Assembly: GCA_051362555.1 (NCBI GenBank)
Contig: CM120647.1
Coordinates: forward strand, 19,878,651 to 19,942,650
Length of the DNA: 64,000 bases
Reading direction: 5' to 3'
Source: Lingula anatina
Taxonomy: Eukaryota > Animalia > Brachiopoda
The notes below the pieces were generated by a model. The model saw nothing but the letters and a program-made list of their open reading frames with translations, ran no database searches and was not told where the DNA came from. The translations under genes were made by a program, and so were the position numbers. Below, in pieces: positions 13,316-27,312 of this stretch; positions within the stretch are counted from its first letter, which is position 1; each line of letters begins with the position of its first letter.

Positions 13316-13605
13316 ATATTCTAATCTTCACCTTCAAGATTTTATGAAGGGCTAACTATTACATTTCTACAGATTCAACTTCTCAACATCCCTTCTCTCA
13401 TATAGATATCTATAAGATTTTTGTTTGGTTTCGGAATGCACAAGGTTAAAGTCAAGAAAACTAGGTAAGTTGAAACAGTGCAGTGGTCAACATTGATTCT
13501 TTGTCCATTTTTGTGTTTCTTTATAAGCATATCCCAGTTGAAAAAGTACCATGAGAATTGATCAGACATGTCGGAGAAAGTTTCATGGGAAGTGAAATAG
13601 TCATG

Positions 13606-13847
13606 CCCCTAGCAAAATGTCAGGCCTGCTGCAAATTTGCAGTGAATTTGCAGCAAATTTGCTGCAGTATTGCTGCAAACTGTCATTCTTTCTTGCAAAT
13701 TTGCAGCAAAATGATCTTTCATGCAAACTCCTTCAAACTCGTTGCTGCAAACTTTCAGGTTTCATGGTAAAAGGTTCACTTTTACAAAAAAAAAGAGCCC
13801 CCCCCCCCCCCCCCCCTTTGAAATTGTTGGCTATCTGTATGGGCCTG
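13606..13847. mobile_element. Fragment with clustered TTGC(T/A)GCAAA motifs fused to the 3' half of a family A MITE
   Basis: Multiple direct and inverted TTGCTGCAAA/TTTGCAGCAA motifs at 13625-13752, then AAAAGGTTCACTTTT...TTTGAAATTGTTGGCTA...GGGCCTG at 13761-13847. Confidence 0.6.
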
Positions 13848-14031
13848 GGATAGAACACCAAATCCAACTGCAGGAATGAGTTGTGAAATAATTCACTGAG
13901 ATGGAAAAAATTGCTTAAAACAAATTTTTACGACGGGAAATTTCGATTTGGCTGGAAAATTTCCAGATAGGATGCTGTAAACTAAGCATAACAATATTGA
14001 TGTCAAAATTGTCATCCACAGGAAGCGAGGT

Positions 14032-14175
14032 ATGAAGAAGACGGGAAGCAAGGCTGACGGCAGTGGAAACAAAGTCACACAGAGTCAGCCACAGGTTTCA
14101 CAGCCACAGTTTCCAAAGATAAAGTTCCCAAATATGACTGCCACCCTGTCCTATACACACGTGACCCAAGCTCAA
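14032..14175 (+). CDS. Candidate alternative first coding exon (48 aa, MKKTGSKADG...HVTQAQ), host gene unknown
   Basis: ATG with an upstream in-frame stop (13978), open to a consensus donor CAA|GTAAGT in phase 0. Composition is less AT-rich than the flanks. Confidence 0.35.
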
Positions 14176-15920
14176 GTAAGTGGTGTTAGAATGCGCATGT
14201 TGGCCTGTGTGTGTGTGTTTGTGTGCAAGTTTTGTTGAATATAGCCCAGAGATCGGCCTCAGTTTCAGACCAGACATTTCTTCTTACTGATAACTTTAGT
14301 TCAGATAATTCATTCTATATAAGTTACAGTGTACCTATAAACAAGAATTTAGTACAGTATTTATATGAAACTTCAGCAATATCTTTCTCTTTAAAGAACA
14401 ATGTTTTATGTTATCATAATTAGTATTACTACAGTAACTGCAAGTAGACTCTAACTTTGTCTAAAAGTTGTTTTGTGGGACATACATTGTGTGCATGTTC
14501 AGAGTATATATGCAGCATTGCCAAAAGTCACAGCACTCAAAAGATAGACAATTGGCTGATAAAAATTATCTCCATAAAGGAGTTTATTTTTCACAACCGC
14601 GGTTGACTTGTAACTTCACTGCCTCACCCAAAAAGTTTTGAGCAGATTTTCATTTGATGAAATTATGAGGATAGCCCAGAGATTGGCTATATTATATTTG
14701 ATAAGATTTTGGAGGTAATCCAATAAATATATTTTATTGATTACTTTAATAATAGTATACATTGAAATACTTTGGAGGAAGTTTGAACTCCCTGAGTGCT
14801 TTAATTTTGTAGTTCTTTCATGGAAATAAAATTATCCTAAAATCGAAAACTGCGGAAACTGGGAAAGTCACGGACTAGGTGTTAATGCTTTGAGGTGGTA
14901 TTTGAACAAAATGAATATATTTGATTCTTAGAACGCTGTTTCATTGATGAAACATACTACTGTAGAAATGTTGATTATTAAGGAGTTACAAAATTTGCCC
15001 ACAGTTTTTTTGTCAAATGCATTTTGCAAGTTGATGAAATGATAAATCTTTTTAAAAAATTGAAATGCTGAAGTGATCTACAATTTTGAGTAACTACCAT
15101 AAGGATATTTTCAAAGAGGATTTGATTCTAGGGATCCTTTCCACATATAATCTTGTCATATCATGTAGATGTATGGAGGTTGACAGTATTCAGTGAAAAT
15201 GTGTATGTAGAACGGTTTGTATACTAGGGTATGAGTTGTATCAAGTTCCACCTGTGTTACGTATTAATCTAACTTTTTTGTTGTGTGTGTTGATTCTGTA
15301 TATATTATATAATTTACATTTTAACTTGTATGTATTTTACAAAGTGTTATTTTTGTATTATATTATTTCAAGATTTGATATATGTACATGTATCATTGAG
15401 TTTTATTTCAGGACATGAGCATGTCATTCAAATGTATGTGATACAGCATGTTATTGCATTGTTAATTATCAAATTTACTAATAAAGTAGTAGTTTTTCAT
15501 AAATTGCAGACATACAGTAAGTACTACAGAAAAAAAGTTTTTTTTTCAGCATTTTGGGTACATTGAGTTCAATAAAACAGCACATTGGACTGTTGTATTT
15601 TAGACACTGGCAGATATCGTTACTTCTATACTTTGGGCTGTCACTGATGCTTGACTATAGAATCGTGGAGAACTCGCGGACTGGTATTTTATATTCTCGC
15701 TGTCATTAGAAATGGGACCTACTCTGTACAAACCAGTCTGGAGAGAGAGTTCTCAGGGGGCTGGTTAAACTTGAGATCTTCAGACCCAAATTTGTGCCGA
15801 TTTTTAGTTAGTCTAGACTTTTTTAAGGGTTTCAGGCCCCAGTTTCACAAAAAAAAAGGGGTAAGATTGGTGACTGTGAGCGTGTTAACTTGGTAATTCA
15901 GCCAGGGAACCTGACTTATG

Positions 15921-15976
<56 letters not shown>

Positions 15977-15979
<3 letters not shown>

Positions 15980-16145
15980 GCCCGTAGCCAAAACTTTCAA
16001 AAGGGGGGTTCTTTTTATGAAAAAGTGAACCTTTTCCCATAAAATCTTCCATGTACCTAGATCAAATTTTACCCAGAGTGGACCTTTTCCCAGCAAAAGG
16101 GGCGGTTCTTTTGAATCCCCCGAACCTCCCCTGGCCACAGGCCTG
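15977..16145 (-). mobile_element. MITE family A, full length, inserted in (TG)n
   Basis: CAGGCCCGTAGCCA...TGGCCACAGGCCTG, flanks GTGTG / GTGTT. Confidence 0.9.
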
Positions 16146-16195
16146 GTGTTTGTGTGTGTGTGAAATGGGGGCCAGTTTTTCTCCAAGATGTAACA

Positions 16196-16379
16196 CAGGC
16201 CCATAGCCAGGGAGGGGGGGGGGAGAGTGGGTAGAATGAAGTGCTCCTTTTGCCGAGTTAAGGCCCCTTCTGTATAAAATTTGATATAGGTACATGTATA
16301 TGAAGATTTCATGGTGAAATATCCACTTTTTCAGAAAAAAAGACCCTCCGCCCCTTTGAAATTGCTGGCTACGGACCTG
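16196..16379 (+). mobile_element. MITE family A, full length, inverted relative to its neighbour
   Basis: CAGGCCCATAGCCAG...CTGGCTACGGACCTG. Confidence 0.9.
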
Positions 16380-17543
16380 AAACGGTTACTTTTGGTCTAG
16401 AACTGTAGCTCTTTCCTGTTTGTTATAAAACAGGCAAAATATTTTATTTCACTGGACCACTTCTGATTTATCTTAGTTTAAATATTCAGAAAATTTTGTC
16501 TGAAGAATGAGACCAATTTCTGATCTAAAATTAAATAATCCTTCAAGTAATAGACCTGTAGAATATATGAGAGTGTACTTGATGTATACAGAGAGCTGTA
16601 AAAGACCTGAGTGACAGCTCTAAATACATCATTTTGAGGGCTCTCGTCTGATAACTCGGCCACGTATGAATTCATCAATAACACCAACAGGCATTCGTAA
16701 CAATTTGCGATGGCAAAGGTCACGCATACGCTTGTCAGTTATGTGGTAAAAGTGTCAACAGCAGCATGGTAAGAGTTTTTTAAAGGTATATTTGATCTTT
16801 TGGAAGTATTATGATGTTTTTGACACACTATTTGTAAGGGTGTGAGCAAATATTGACAGAAAAACAGAAGAAACCTGTGGAGCTTGAAAAGCATATTGAT
16901 TTTCCTGAGTATACACTCAAGTGTATAGAATTAGTGATAGAAATTGAAATAAGTCGTGGATTTTTTTTTCTACTATTTTGTATTTGAAAACATTGTAGTT
17001 TGCATTGATTGTCTAAACCTAAGTTTTTTTATAACTGTTAAGTACAGGAAAGTTGAAGGCTTCTAGTGTATTTGGAATTGGAGATCAGCACTGTGCCATA
17101 ACTTATGGCTTAACATTATTGAGTGTTAATAACATTTTGCTTAATGGATTTTTTTATGTGTCAAAGGGATTTTCAACTTGCATTTTTTTTTTACCAAAAG
17201 GTGTAAATGATATTTACATTTTTTAACTTTTTGTGAAAATTATAACTTCATAGAAACAGAATTTGATGAAATATTACACCCAAGCAAGATAGATGGAGAA
17301 AGTATTTTGAAAATCCTTAGAAAAAAATCACTTTGAATGTGTGTTTATAGATTAAAAAAAAAACTTTTTCTCATATATTTGATAAAGAAGTGTGTCGAGC
17401 AGGCTCAGAAAAAAAAAAAAAATATATATATATATATATGATAAGTATTTTAAGCTCATTTTTATAACAAGTCAGATATATTAGGATGACAGACTAAAAG
17501 ATGTTGGAGACTTTGGCTTCTTGAAAACTGAAGAAGTCCTCTA

Positions 17544-17710
17544 CAGGGGCGGATCCAGGGATATTTTCTGACAGTCTTCCAAATAATCTTTGTTTATCCA
17601 TCCTCCATTTTTGACCGTCTTCCGATAGAAAAAATAGATGCCTGTCAATGTAAATTTGAAACTCTGACCGTCTTCCGGAAGACCCAGAAGACGGCCTCAA
17701 TCCGCCCCTG
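17544..17710 (-). mobile_element. MITE family B, 5-bp TSD CTCTA
   Basis: CTCTA|CAGGGGCGGAT...ATCCGCCCCTG|CTCTA. Confidence 0.95.
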
Positions 17711-19455
17711 CTCTAGAACATCGCATGTAACCAAGGAGATGACGTAATGAATGAGACAGTATTGACTGTTAATACAGTGGATATAGTTCTGGTAATTCAA
17801 GTTCTGGATTAACCATTGTTTTCAAGTGAATAAGATCATTAATTGAAGCTTTTATTGGCAATTCTTTGACAGTTTTGTAAAGCATGACTTGAGAACATTG
17901 TGTGATTTCTCTTTAGATTAATTCCCAAGTTTATTGGACAAGTGCTCCTTAAGTAACCACCTAAAAATGATTTTTTTTTTAATTGAAGAGGTTTCCCTTA
18001 TAGTATTGGCTGTTGTCCTTCAACAAAACAGAACATTGATTATGAGTTTTGTTTAGTCAGTTGCTAGGGAACATTCTGTTTTACATGACCAGGTCTTTAC
18101 TTCTTTTAAGAGAGGACAATTTTTCTTAAAAAGAGGACAAGTATTCTCAGCATTCTCTATAATATATGATTGGCATCCACTACATATTGATATAAAGTGT
18201 GATTGTGCAAGTATAAATTTGAAGTTTTATACAGCCAGAGTTTATTGACCATAAAATAATCAAGATATTGTCCAAACTTTGAGTGCTCTGCTTGAAATCA
18301 CTTGTCAGTCCCCATAAGAAGAATTAAAACTACAAATAAATGCACAACAGACATAGTGATTATGTAACTTATGAGTGAGAATTTACAGATATAAAGTAAT
18401 AAGTAGTTTAACATGCAGTTGAGGCATTTGAAATGATAATAATAAAACTGTCAATAAGCACTTGTTCATCATTGAAATTACCCTTCTTGTGTCACATTAT
18501 GAACTTAGATTACATTTTGAGATATATGTAGCCATGGAAAAAATAAATACCAGCTCATAGGTCAGTGTTTTAATGTTGGAATGATTTGTCCAAGTGCACA
18601 GTATTTACTGAAGATTACAACAACGGATAAAACCAGATTTGCCAAAGGGTCTTTTTGCCAAAGATTACAGACGTAGGAATTGACATGCTGTGTTATTGAC
18701 TGTGGTATTAACATAAAACTTTGATGCTGAGTTGAAAATGTCTGGCTGTATTTCTGATTAGATATTGCAAAGACTTTCTCAGAAATGCTCAAAACTACTG
18801 AGATTTTGCAGGTCATTAGTTAGATTTTTCCAAGACATAATTTGTCTGGTGAATTTCTAATAAGACATGCTGTAGTAGTAGAAAGCTGGAAACTGTCACA
18901 CAAGGTCTGATAACTCTGGGATGTGATCAGACATTTTACCAAGACAATCTTTCTCTGAAATTTAATACCAATGAAACTATCAGAGATGATCAGAAATACC
19001 CAGTCAAAGTGACACAAAGTCATTTTCAAACTATTTTTGACTGAGTCTGTTTTCGATTACGTAACCTGATTGGACTTAGATAACATTGGACTTTGCTAAA
19101 ATGATCCTCAATTTGACATTGGAGCTTGGTTTAGTTGGCAAATAGAGCCGTGTGGATTTTACACCCTTCAGACTTTTTTTTTTTAAATTTATTTATTTAT
19201 TTTTATTTATTTATTTATTTATTTATTTTTTTTTTTTTTTGGGGGGGGGGGGTTATTTCCCAGTATCTGCAGTCATTTACTCCAATGTGCACTCTTCTGT
19301 TTATGTTGGGGTAATTACTAACTATTTCCCATCATTTCCTATCAAACTTTCTCAGATGTATCTGCTCATATTCTCGTGGTACTTTTTCAGCTAGACAGTC
19401 TCCTCCATACAACAGTGCAGAGTGTACTGTAATCAGATGTGTTGACAGTGTTTAC

Positions 19456-19623
19456 CAGGGACGGATTCAGAGATATTTTCTGACAGTCTTCCAAATTATC
19501 TTTGTTTATCCATCCTCCATTTTTGACAGTCTTCCAACAGAAAAAATCAGATACCCCTCAATGTAAACTTGAAAATCTGACTGTCTTCCAGAAGACCCAG
19601 AAGACAGCCTAAATCCGCCCCTG
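19456..19623 (-). mobile_element. MITE family B, 5-bp TSD TTTAC
   Basis: TTTAC|CAGGGACGGAT...ATCCGCCCCTG|TTTAC. Confidence 0.95.
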
Positions 19624-19868
19624 TTTACAGCTTATTATCTTTAAGCTTTTGTTAATCTTCTCCCTCATGTAAGATTGTGTAACATGTGGCCATACATTTC
19701 CGTTTGCATAATGTGACATGTAGCAATGATTACTGCTAGAGTTTTACATTTATTTTGTAATTATTGCTCTACAGACCCTGAGTTTTATTCAGAATACAGC
19801 CACAATCACCTGAACTATCCGTATGCCTTTTATACACCACAATTACAGTTATCATATATATTATGCAC

Positions 19869-19922
<54 letters not shown>

Positions 19923-21541
19923 AAAGTGAATCAGCTAGCGAGATATTGTAAGGCAGAACTGCCTCCAAGATATTTTATCTGGTTGGGGCATGTACGTATA
20001 CCTTTTTTATAATGTATCGTTAAATATGAATATTGACCTTGGGTTTGAGTTGTTGCTTATGTAAATAGCTGATTGTTCAGTAATTACCACCCTTAGGAAG
20101 TCATCAAAGATTACTTCTTGCTGTGCTTTATAATGATGACTCCAGCTACCACATATATTACTGTTTCTATGAATCACAGGTGGTATTTAATATGTTTGGT
20201 AATTTACTTATTTGTTGCTTGATTGCTTCCTTGATTGATGAATTGATTTTTAACAAATTGTTTTAAAACTGGTTTGATTAATTGAGCGATTGAATTATTT
20301 ACTGATTGGTTATTAACTGGAATTGCCATCCAAAGTTGATTGATTATTATTATTTTTTTTTCTGATAGATCAATTACTAGGGTAACCATTCTCATTAGGG
20401 GGACGTGCAGGAATCACATTGCTTCCATCTGTCTCACCTAACACATTCTACTGGCACATCCAGAAGCAATGTCCACTTCCCTCCACTTCCAAAGTCTTTT
20501 ATCTAGATATATGGGTGTTATATTCCCCCCCCCCCCCCAACCTCTATCTCTTCTGTCCTTATCACCTTTTCAAGATTTTTTTAAAGTTTCGTTTTCTTCT
20601 CTAATTTAAAACTTCTTTTTTTAAAAAAATAATAATAATAACTGTTGGGACTTCTACTCAGCTGCTGAAATTGGACTTAATTGCGGAAAGTTGACTTTCA
20701 GAACTGAAACTTTACTCATGTTCATGTTTGATTATCTCAAATAAGTTTTTAAATAAAATACTGTGTAAGTATGTCAATATATTTTTTTATCGTTATTGTG
20801 TCTCAAGAGTGAAAAAAATGATAGCAGTCTTAACAATTTTATAGGCATGGGTTGCATCCAGCATTTGTGTTAGCTAGAACTTAGCTTGAAAACTGAAACT
20901 TCCTTATTTTCATGTCCAACTCTATGAAGCGTAATAACCACTTGAAAATGGACAAGAGCTAGTTAGAAAAGAACCCATGTCTGTGATTTCTCCCCATTGT
21001 GTTCCACAGGTTTAAAGCTTTGTTTTGCATTAACTGCCAGCAGTCATGAGTAATTTAATGGCCGCAGCCTGCCAGAAATTGTAAAAGCGAAAAAGATCGG
21101 AAAAAGAAAAATAGGCATGTCAGGCATGTCAGTTGAGCACCAATAGATGCTAGTACAGAACACATGACACCTCAATGGGGCCCTGCTTGTTATAGTTAAT
21201 TGGACGTGAAAGTAAAATGTTGTAGTACTTGAAAACGGTTTTACTCATTAAATTTTTACAGTTGGTTGGGCAGTTTTTTTTACTCCTGTTAGTAGTTGAA
21301 CAATGGGAAAATGTAAGGGAAAAAAATCCAGGCTCCTTCATTGAATAAAAGTGGGCAGTGGTTTGCTGATTAAAAAAAATCTATAAGTAAGAAAAAGTTT
21401 ATGTTAAGTTAGCATACCCCATAAATTACCAAAATACCATTTACTATATTAAAAATGCATGTACATTTCATTAAGATATGCAACTGTGGAAATAAAATGA
21501 ATGGAAAATCTCCATAGGAAAAGTGTGTAATTTAATGTCAT

Positions 21542-21555
21542 GTTGCTATGGCAAC
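21542..21555. promoter_or_regulatory. RFX X-box motif
   Basis: GTTGCTATGGCAAC matches the RFX consensus GTTRCC/Y-AT-RGYAAC. Motif match only. Confidence 0.45.
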
Positions 21556-21720
21556 AGCCATCACAGTGATAGAGTGGTTGTAGGAGGGGAGAAGAGGGGT
21601 TGAGACATTTGTTTACATGGCTTTAGGAGGTCATAAAAGCTTTACTTAATGTAACCAACACTGGGCATTGCCTTACTGAGTTCTTATGTGTTGGACTCCC
21701 TTAATAAAGATAGGATGGAG

Positions 21721-21933
21721 CAGGCCTGTAGCCAGCATTTTCAAAAAAAAAAAAAAAAGAAAAAAAAAATGGTGGTTGGGGGGCTATTTCAGAAATAGTA
21801 GACTGTTTACAATGAAGCCTTTGTGGACTTGGATCAAATTTTTACCCAGAGGGGACTTTTTCCAACAAGAAAGATGGTGCGTTCAACACCCCCCTCCCTC
21901 CCTGAGCCTCCCTTTCCCCTGGCTATAGGCCTG
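21721..21933 (-). mobile_element. MITE family A, full length
   Basis: CAGGCCTGTAGCCAG...CTGGCTATAGGCCTG. Confidence 0.9.
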
Positions 21934-21954
21934 GTGGTGGTTTACTGTTCAAAC

Positions 21955-22135
21955 AAAATCTATCTTTTTGGCAGGAAAAGATCCACTCTGGATCAGTTTC
22001 TAGATGTCATTTTCTAGTTGGTCAGCTATTGAGGAGTTATATGGAAAAAGGGCCACTTTTTCAGAAAAATAACCCTATCACCCCCCCCCCCCCCCTCTCC
22101 TTTTCTCTTTTGAAATTGCTGGCTATACAGACCTA
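21955..22135 (+). mobile_element. MITE family A, 5'-truncated, inverted relative to its neighbour
   Basis: GGAAAAGATCCACTCTGG...GGAAAAAGGGCCACTTTTTCAGAAAA...TTTGAAATTGCTGGCTATACAGACCT. Confidence 0.75.
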
Positions 22136-22679
22136 GCAACGGTATTTGAATTTACAAGTATAGTTATCCAATAATCCATATATGCAGGCTTTGATTTTCT
22201 TTCAACTAGGGGGACTATTACATGAATGATCCAGTTACTAGTATGTAGCCTTGGGGTCATATAGCAGTTCTAAACACTACAAAAGCACTGACCAACAGCG
22301 GGAACAATACAGCAACAAAACAAGGTTGCATTATTGTAAACAAATAAACAAACACGCATATTCCTTGCTTTTATTTACTAGTGACCTTTGTGTATTTTTC
22401 TTAGCCAGGGTCAGATTTGGAGTGTAGTTATAATCATAGAGAATCGTACTTCTGGATTTGGGTGATTTGAAATGGAGGCCGTCGTCCTGGTTGGTTCGTT
22501 ACTATGGTTAGTGTCCAAGATTAAGAAATAACGGTAGATTAAAAAAAGATGTTTTATTTTAGAAATTTGTTTTATAAAAGTGACCAGTAATCAGGATAGA
22601 TTTAATCTTGTGGAGTAGAGGTTTAGAGGTGGGTATTTACTTGTTGAATTATTTTATAGCCTATATACCTAATATTTAC

Positions 22680-22681
<2 letters not shown>

Positions 22682-22721
<40 letters not shown>

Positions 22722-22748
22722 AGAGAGAGAGAGAGAGAAAGAGAGAGA
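22682..22748. repeat. Compound (TG)n(GA)n microsatellite
   Basis: Directly visible. Confidence 0.95.
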
Positions 22749-25700
22749 TTGAAAAAATTAGGCAGTCACAGAAGCTGCACATTTGGCCATACTTAAATTG
22801 ATATCGATACAAAACCCCCGGAAAGATGATAATTTTCAGAAGAAAAAAATATAAGAATGACACTAAAATAGGGCCATATTGAGGCATTTTTACACAGTTA
22901 GGCCATAAATATGAAACATAAACCTGTCCTGGGGGTGTGAGTCTTTGTCCTCCAGGTTCAGACCAAAGAGCTCAATCTTTCACCTCCAAGGGGAATTGTT
23001 TGATGCTGGTCTTGGTTGTCACATATTAATGATTGGAGACACAAGATATAACGGTGTCATCTGTCTATTTGGGACCCCTCGGTGGCTGTGGAGTGACAGG
23101 TCATGAAAGGGGCTGAAATTATGGCATGCGTGTATGCTTTTTTTTCTTTTTTTTTAAATCTTTAGTTGCTAGTTCTTTTAGGAGTAGTGTAAATGTCACC
23201 AGGGAGAGAGAGTAAATTACACAGGGAAATGTGAAATGACTTTTTTATCATTCACATGCAGCCGAACTAAATTTTTTTGATTTTTCAATATAATAATAAT
23301 TTTTCTGGTATCTGCATGAAAGAAAATTCGACTAAAGATAATAAACAAAAGTTAGAGTATAGAACTGGAGAGAATAGAGTAAAGTATCCATTACACATCT
23401 ATTCTTGCTAGAATTAGAGGACTAAAGTGACACCTGAATAATAAAATTGACAAAACAATTATAAAAACTTGCAGAATATACATGCAAGATATTTATACAA
23501 ACACACATAGTAAAACTGTATTGACCTCTAAAACAACCTTGTTAACATGGAACAAAACTGTGTTTCTGGATATTGCAAAAGAACAGAATCAATGTATTGA
23601 TACAATTAATTCTGATCATGTGAAATTATTGACTCTGAGGGGTGTTGAAATTACCCAGATTCAGGAGTCTTATGGGCTTTAATGACCATGTGTTGTGAAT
23701 GGCAATATTTGCTTTGGGTTTGGTGGCTATATATATACATGTATATATTTTTTGTACTAATACTAGTACTTAATACCAAATCTCTATGCTTGAAATGACA
23801 CGAGAGTCCTTTAGTAAAGATTAAGCATGTCTTTGATGTTGTTGGTAGTTGCTGATATTGGAGGTACATTTTATGGTAATGACTTGATCTTTTCATTGGA
23901 GGGGGAGCGGGGGGGGGGGGGGGGGCGAGGGGTTATGAATTTTAGAGATACTGTATATTTTAAGGCCATGAAATCTTTAAATTAGAACATTCCTTCTGAG
24001 TGGCAGCCCCAATAAACTGTAAAGCAGGTTACTCTGTACTGAGTAGTTCTATTCTGTACAATAAAAGCACAGCAATTTCTACATCGTGTGATATATTTTC
24101 AATGATTCCAAAATTATGTATCTGAAAGATTGATAACTTTCCCCCGTTGAAAAAGTTGAGTCATTGCAGTAGTTTGTGAAGATTGTCACACTCGGGGTGC
24201 CTGAACCAAACTAGAAATAATATCAGGATTTGGGAAAGGTGGCAGAAAATAAAAATGAATAAAAAGATAAACAGATAAATAAATAAATAAATATTAATAA
24301 TATTATAAAAGGATAATAAAAATGGTCATAAATACATTTGAAATAATAGAATTAAATAGTTTTTAATATATACTTTTTAAACACCCCCCCCCCCCCCCAC
24401 TTCTTGTCCTTTTCTAAGTGAGACTTGATGAATTTGATTCAATGGATAAATGGTCAAGAATAATGTGAACTTTCTGTAAACATTGTAAACAAAGCCCACT
24501 TTTATAAACAGTATCCATGGAACATCATGGCTTGGTTCAATATTTTGTCATGTCAAGTCTTTGTATCTCTTCTAGCCAATGGCATGTAATAAAAACTAGA
24601 CACATGGGTCATTACCCTGGATTTCCTGGACAAATGGTCATAGAGAAATTTTCCGTGAAAATTGATCTTTATTGAAAATATTTATTTTACCATCGCACAG
24701 GTGCTGGATGCTCAGAAAAAAAAAAATGAAGCTCTGATACTTTTGTGGAATCTGCTCCTGAAAGGGTGCATTGGAAGTGAAACTTCACTTTTCACATAGA
24801 TACGCATATATGCTGTAAGAAGATTGCTAAAATTTAGTTTTCTCAGAGGTGCAAAATGACAACATCCAAACAACAAATATGAATTGGAGATTATATTCAC
24901 TGGTTTACAGTATAAATTAAAGTAATCAATATAAGTCGACTATTTCTTGCATTATCCAGACTGTGTGAAGAGTTTCAGATATTAAGTAGGAAAAGCTTAA
25001 AAGTTCAAGGCTTCAAACAAATATTCTGATTGTTTTAGGGAGGAATTGGATATGTACAGGTAAATTTTTATTAATTTTTGGATGGAAAGAGATTATGTGA
25101 CTAGTTACAAAGGAGAGTTAAAGAATGGAAATAATCTTTGTGGAAAAATTATAGTTCTAAATTGGTGAACGGTGACCAGCATCAAATAGTACTCCATTTT
25201 TATCTGTAAAATTTTCACTTGGAAATTGAGAAAATTGATAGTTAAATCACTTATCAATATCACTCTCTCTGTTGGATCATGAATTTTACTTATTTAGATG
25301 AAGTTTCAGCATTTTGAATTATAATACATGTTTGAGTGCCATGAGGAATTATTATTCAGAAGATTTTGTTTCATTTTTATTAAAAAAGAAAGAAAGAATG
25401 AATGAATGAATGAATGAATGAATGAATGAAAGACAATGCCTGATATGGCATTTACAAGTAGAATATATAAACTGAAGAGAATGTTGTCAATAGAATGCAA
25501 TATTTGAATATATTTTACAACATTTATTGAATGATATTTTAATGATATTAATACTTCCTTTGGTACTTTAAGTGATAATAATCACTTCCTTTAGTACTGA
25601 AACGGCTACATTTTGCTTTTATCACAAGAGCATCGTCAAGTTAAATGGCCACAAAATGTATAATATTTATTGCATTTAAATAGAATTTACCCTTATCAAT

Positions 25701-26168
25701 AGGAAAACAGATCACAGGACATGTAGAGATCTAACATGGCAGATCTAAGACAGGTCAATGGAATGAGAATTGCTCAACAGATACATGGGTACGAGTGAGT
25801 TCGCAGAGGTGTATACGCCGGGAGACATTGTGACATTTTTAAAAGAGTGAATTTTGAAGGATAGCACCAGTGACTGTCATTATCTCATCAGTTATAACCC
25901 AGTGTGATTATTGAATATTTTCTGACACAGTGAAGGATTGTGGCCTGCGGTATTCTCTCTCTTCATGGTTTTACCCACTGCAATATACAATCTACCAGTA
26001 GGAACATTGATTTAACAATTGCCTTGCACCACAATACCTGTAAAACTGTAGCAGGGCCAGTAAAAGTTTGTATTTTTTTTTCAATTATTATAAACAAGAT
26101 CCCAGTTCTCTTACCAAAACAACATATTCACTACAAATTACTCTGAGAAACTTGATGGACATTTCACT

Positions 26169-26282
26169 ATGCACCCACGCTGCAAGCACAAGCCTCTGGC
26201 AGCCATTGTAAATTCGGATAGTGTAACCAAGAGCCGTGCACGGCGCATGCTTGAGGGCGAGGTGCGGGACTTGTATTTGCAG
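26169..26282 (+). CDS. Candidate alternative first coding exon (38 aa, MHPRCKHKPLAAIVNSDSVTKSRARRMLEGEVRDLYLQ), host gene unknown
   Basis: GC-richer, protein-like ORF ending exactly at a strong donor CAG|GTAAGC (phase 0), followed by an abrupt switch to T-rich intron-like sequence. Confidence 0.5.
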
Positions 26283-27094
26283 GTAAGCAGCCTTTTTTAT
26301 TATTTCACACCATTGGCCTTTTCTTTTTTTGGTGAGGATTGTATACAGATTTGGTCATTATTTGTTTTACTTTGATTTATTTATATATTTATTGAACTGT
26401 AGGATAGATAATTTACTGATGTTACAGGGAAACATACACATTTTTTTTTCTCTGTATGAAAATTGTTCTTGAGCTTTAAAATGCTAGATTAGGGACTTAT
26501 TAATGAAATATAATCACCAAACAAAGGGAAAAAAAAGATCAGGAAGTCCGCTAGATTAATTGTTCTACACTTGTTATACTGGCATAGAAAGCAACGGCAG
26601 TGATCAATCCCAGTGATTGCTTTAACCCTATCAGTTCCCAATAGAAACATTGTTGTAGTTTTCCAGATGGCCAGAGCGCCATGACATCTAATTATTGAAA
26701 TGTTGTCTTTATTTTGCATTCATTGATTTGTTCAGTTTTCCACATTTGGGATGAATGCTCTTTTAATGTTTGCGGTGTAATTTCATTCCGTCTTTCATAC
26801 ATTTTCCCTACTGTTTTACTCATTGTAGTAGTTATTTAACTTTCATTGATCTTATGCAGGGTTATGACTCATTTAATTCTAGCAAAATTAATTATTTATA
26901 TTTCACAGAGTAGTTTTGTTAATACTGTAACAGCTGAACAGAATATTTGACAGTTATTTATTTTATTTATTTATTTTTTTTTTTGTGTGTGTTTATTTAG
27001 AATGGTTTTGAAAATGAGTAACTGTTATTTGAAATTCTTCAAATAATAAAGTCAGTTCAATATAATCAAGGTATTGGCAGTTCAATTAAAGTCT

Positions 27095-27312
27095 TAAGAT
27101 TTTGTCTTTGGCTGAATACATCTCTTAAAATAGGTAAAAAATCACAGTTATATACACTATGGTGCAGTCTGATTGACAGTCTGCAGTTTTTGTCTTTGTC
27201 TGAATGCGGCTCTAATAGTGGGTTAAAAATCATGGTTGTGTACTATACTGCAGTGTGCAGTTTTTGTCTTTGTCTGTATGCGGCTTAAAAATTATTAGGT
27301 TAAAAATCATGG
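27095..27312 (+). repeat. Old ~80-bp tandem repeat interrupted by the Helentron-like element (resumes at ~30502-30592)
   Basis: TTTTGTCTTTGTCTGAATGCGGCT...GGTTAAAAATCATG recurs at ~27100, 27187, 27261 and 30545. Confidence 0.7.

Noticed and set aside
15845-16312. 155-aa minus-strand ORF
   Set aside because: It spans two MITEs plus (TG)n and poly-T runs, and has no protein-like content.
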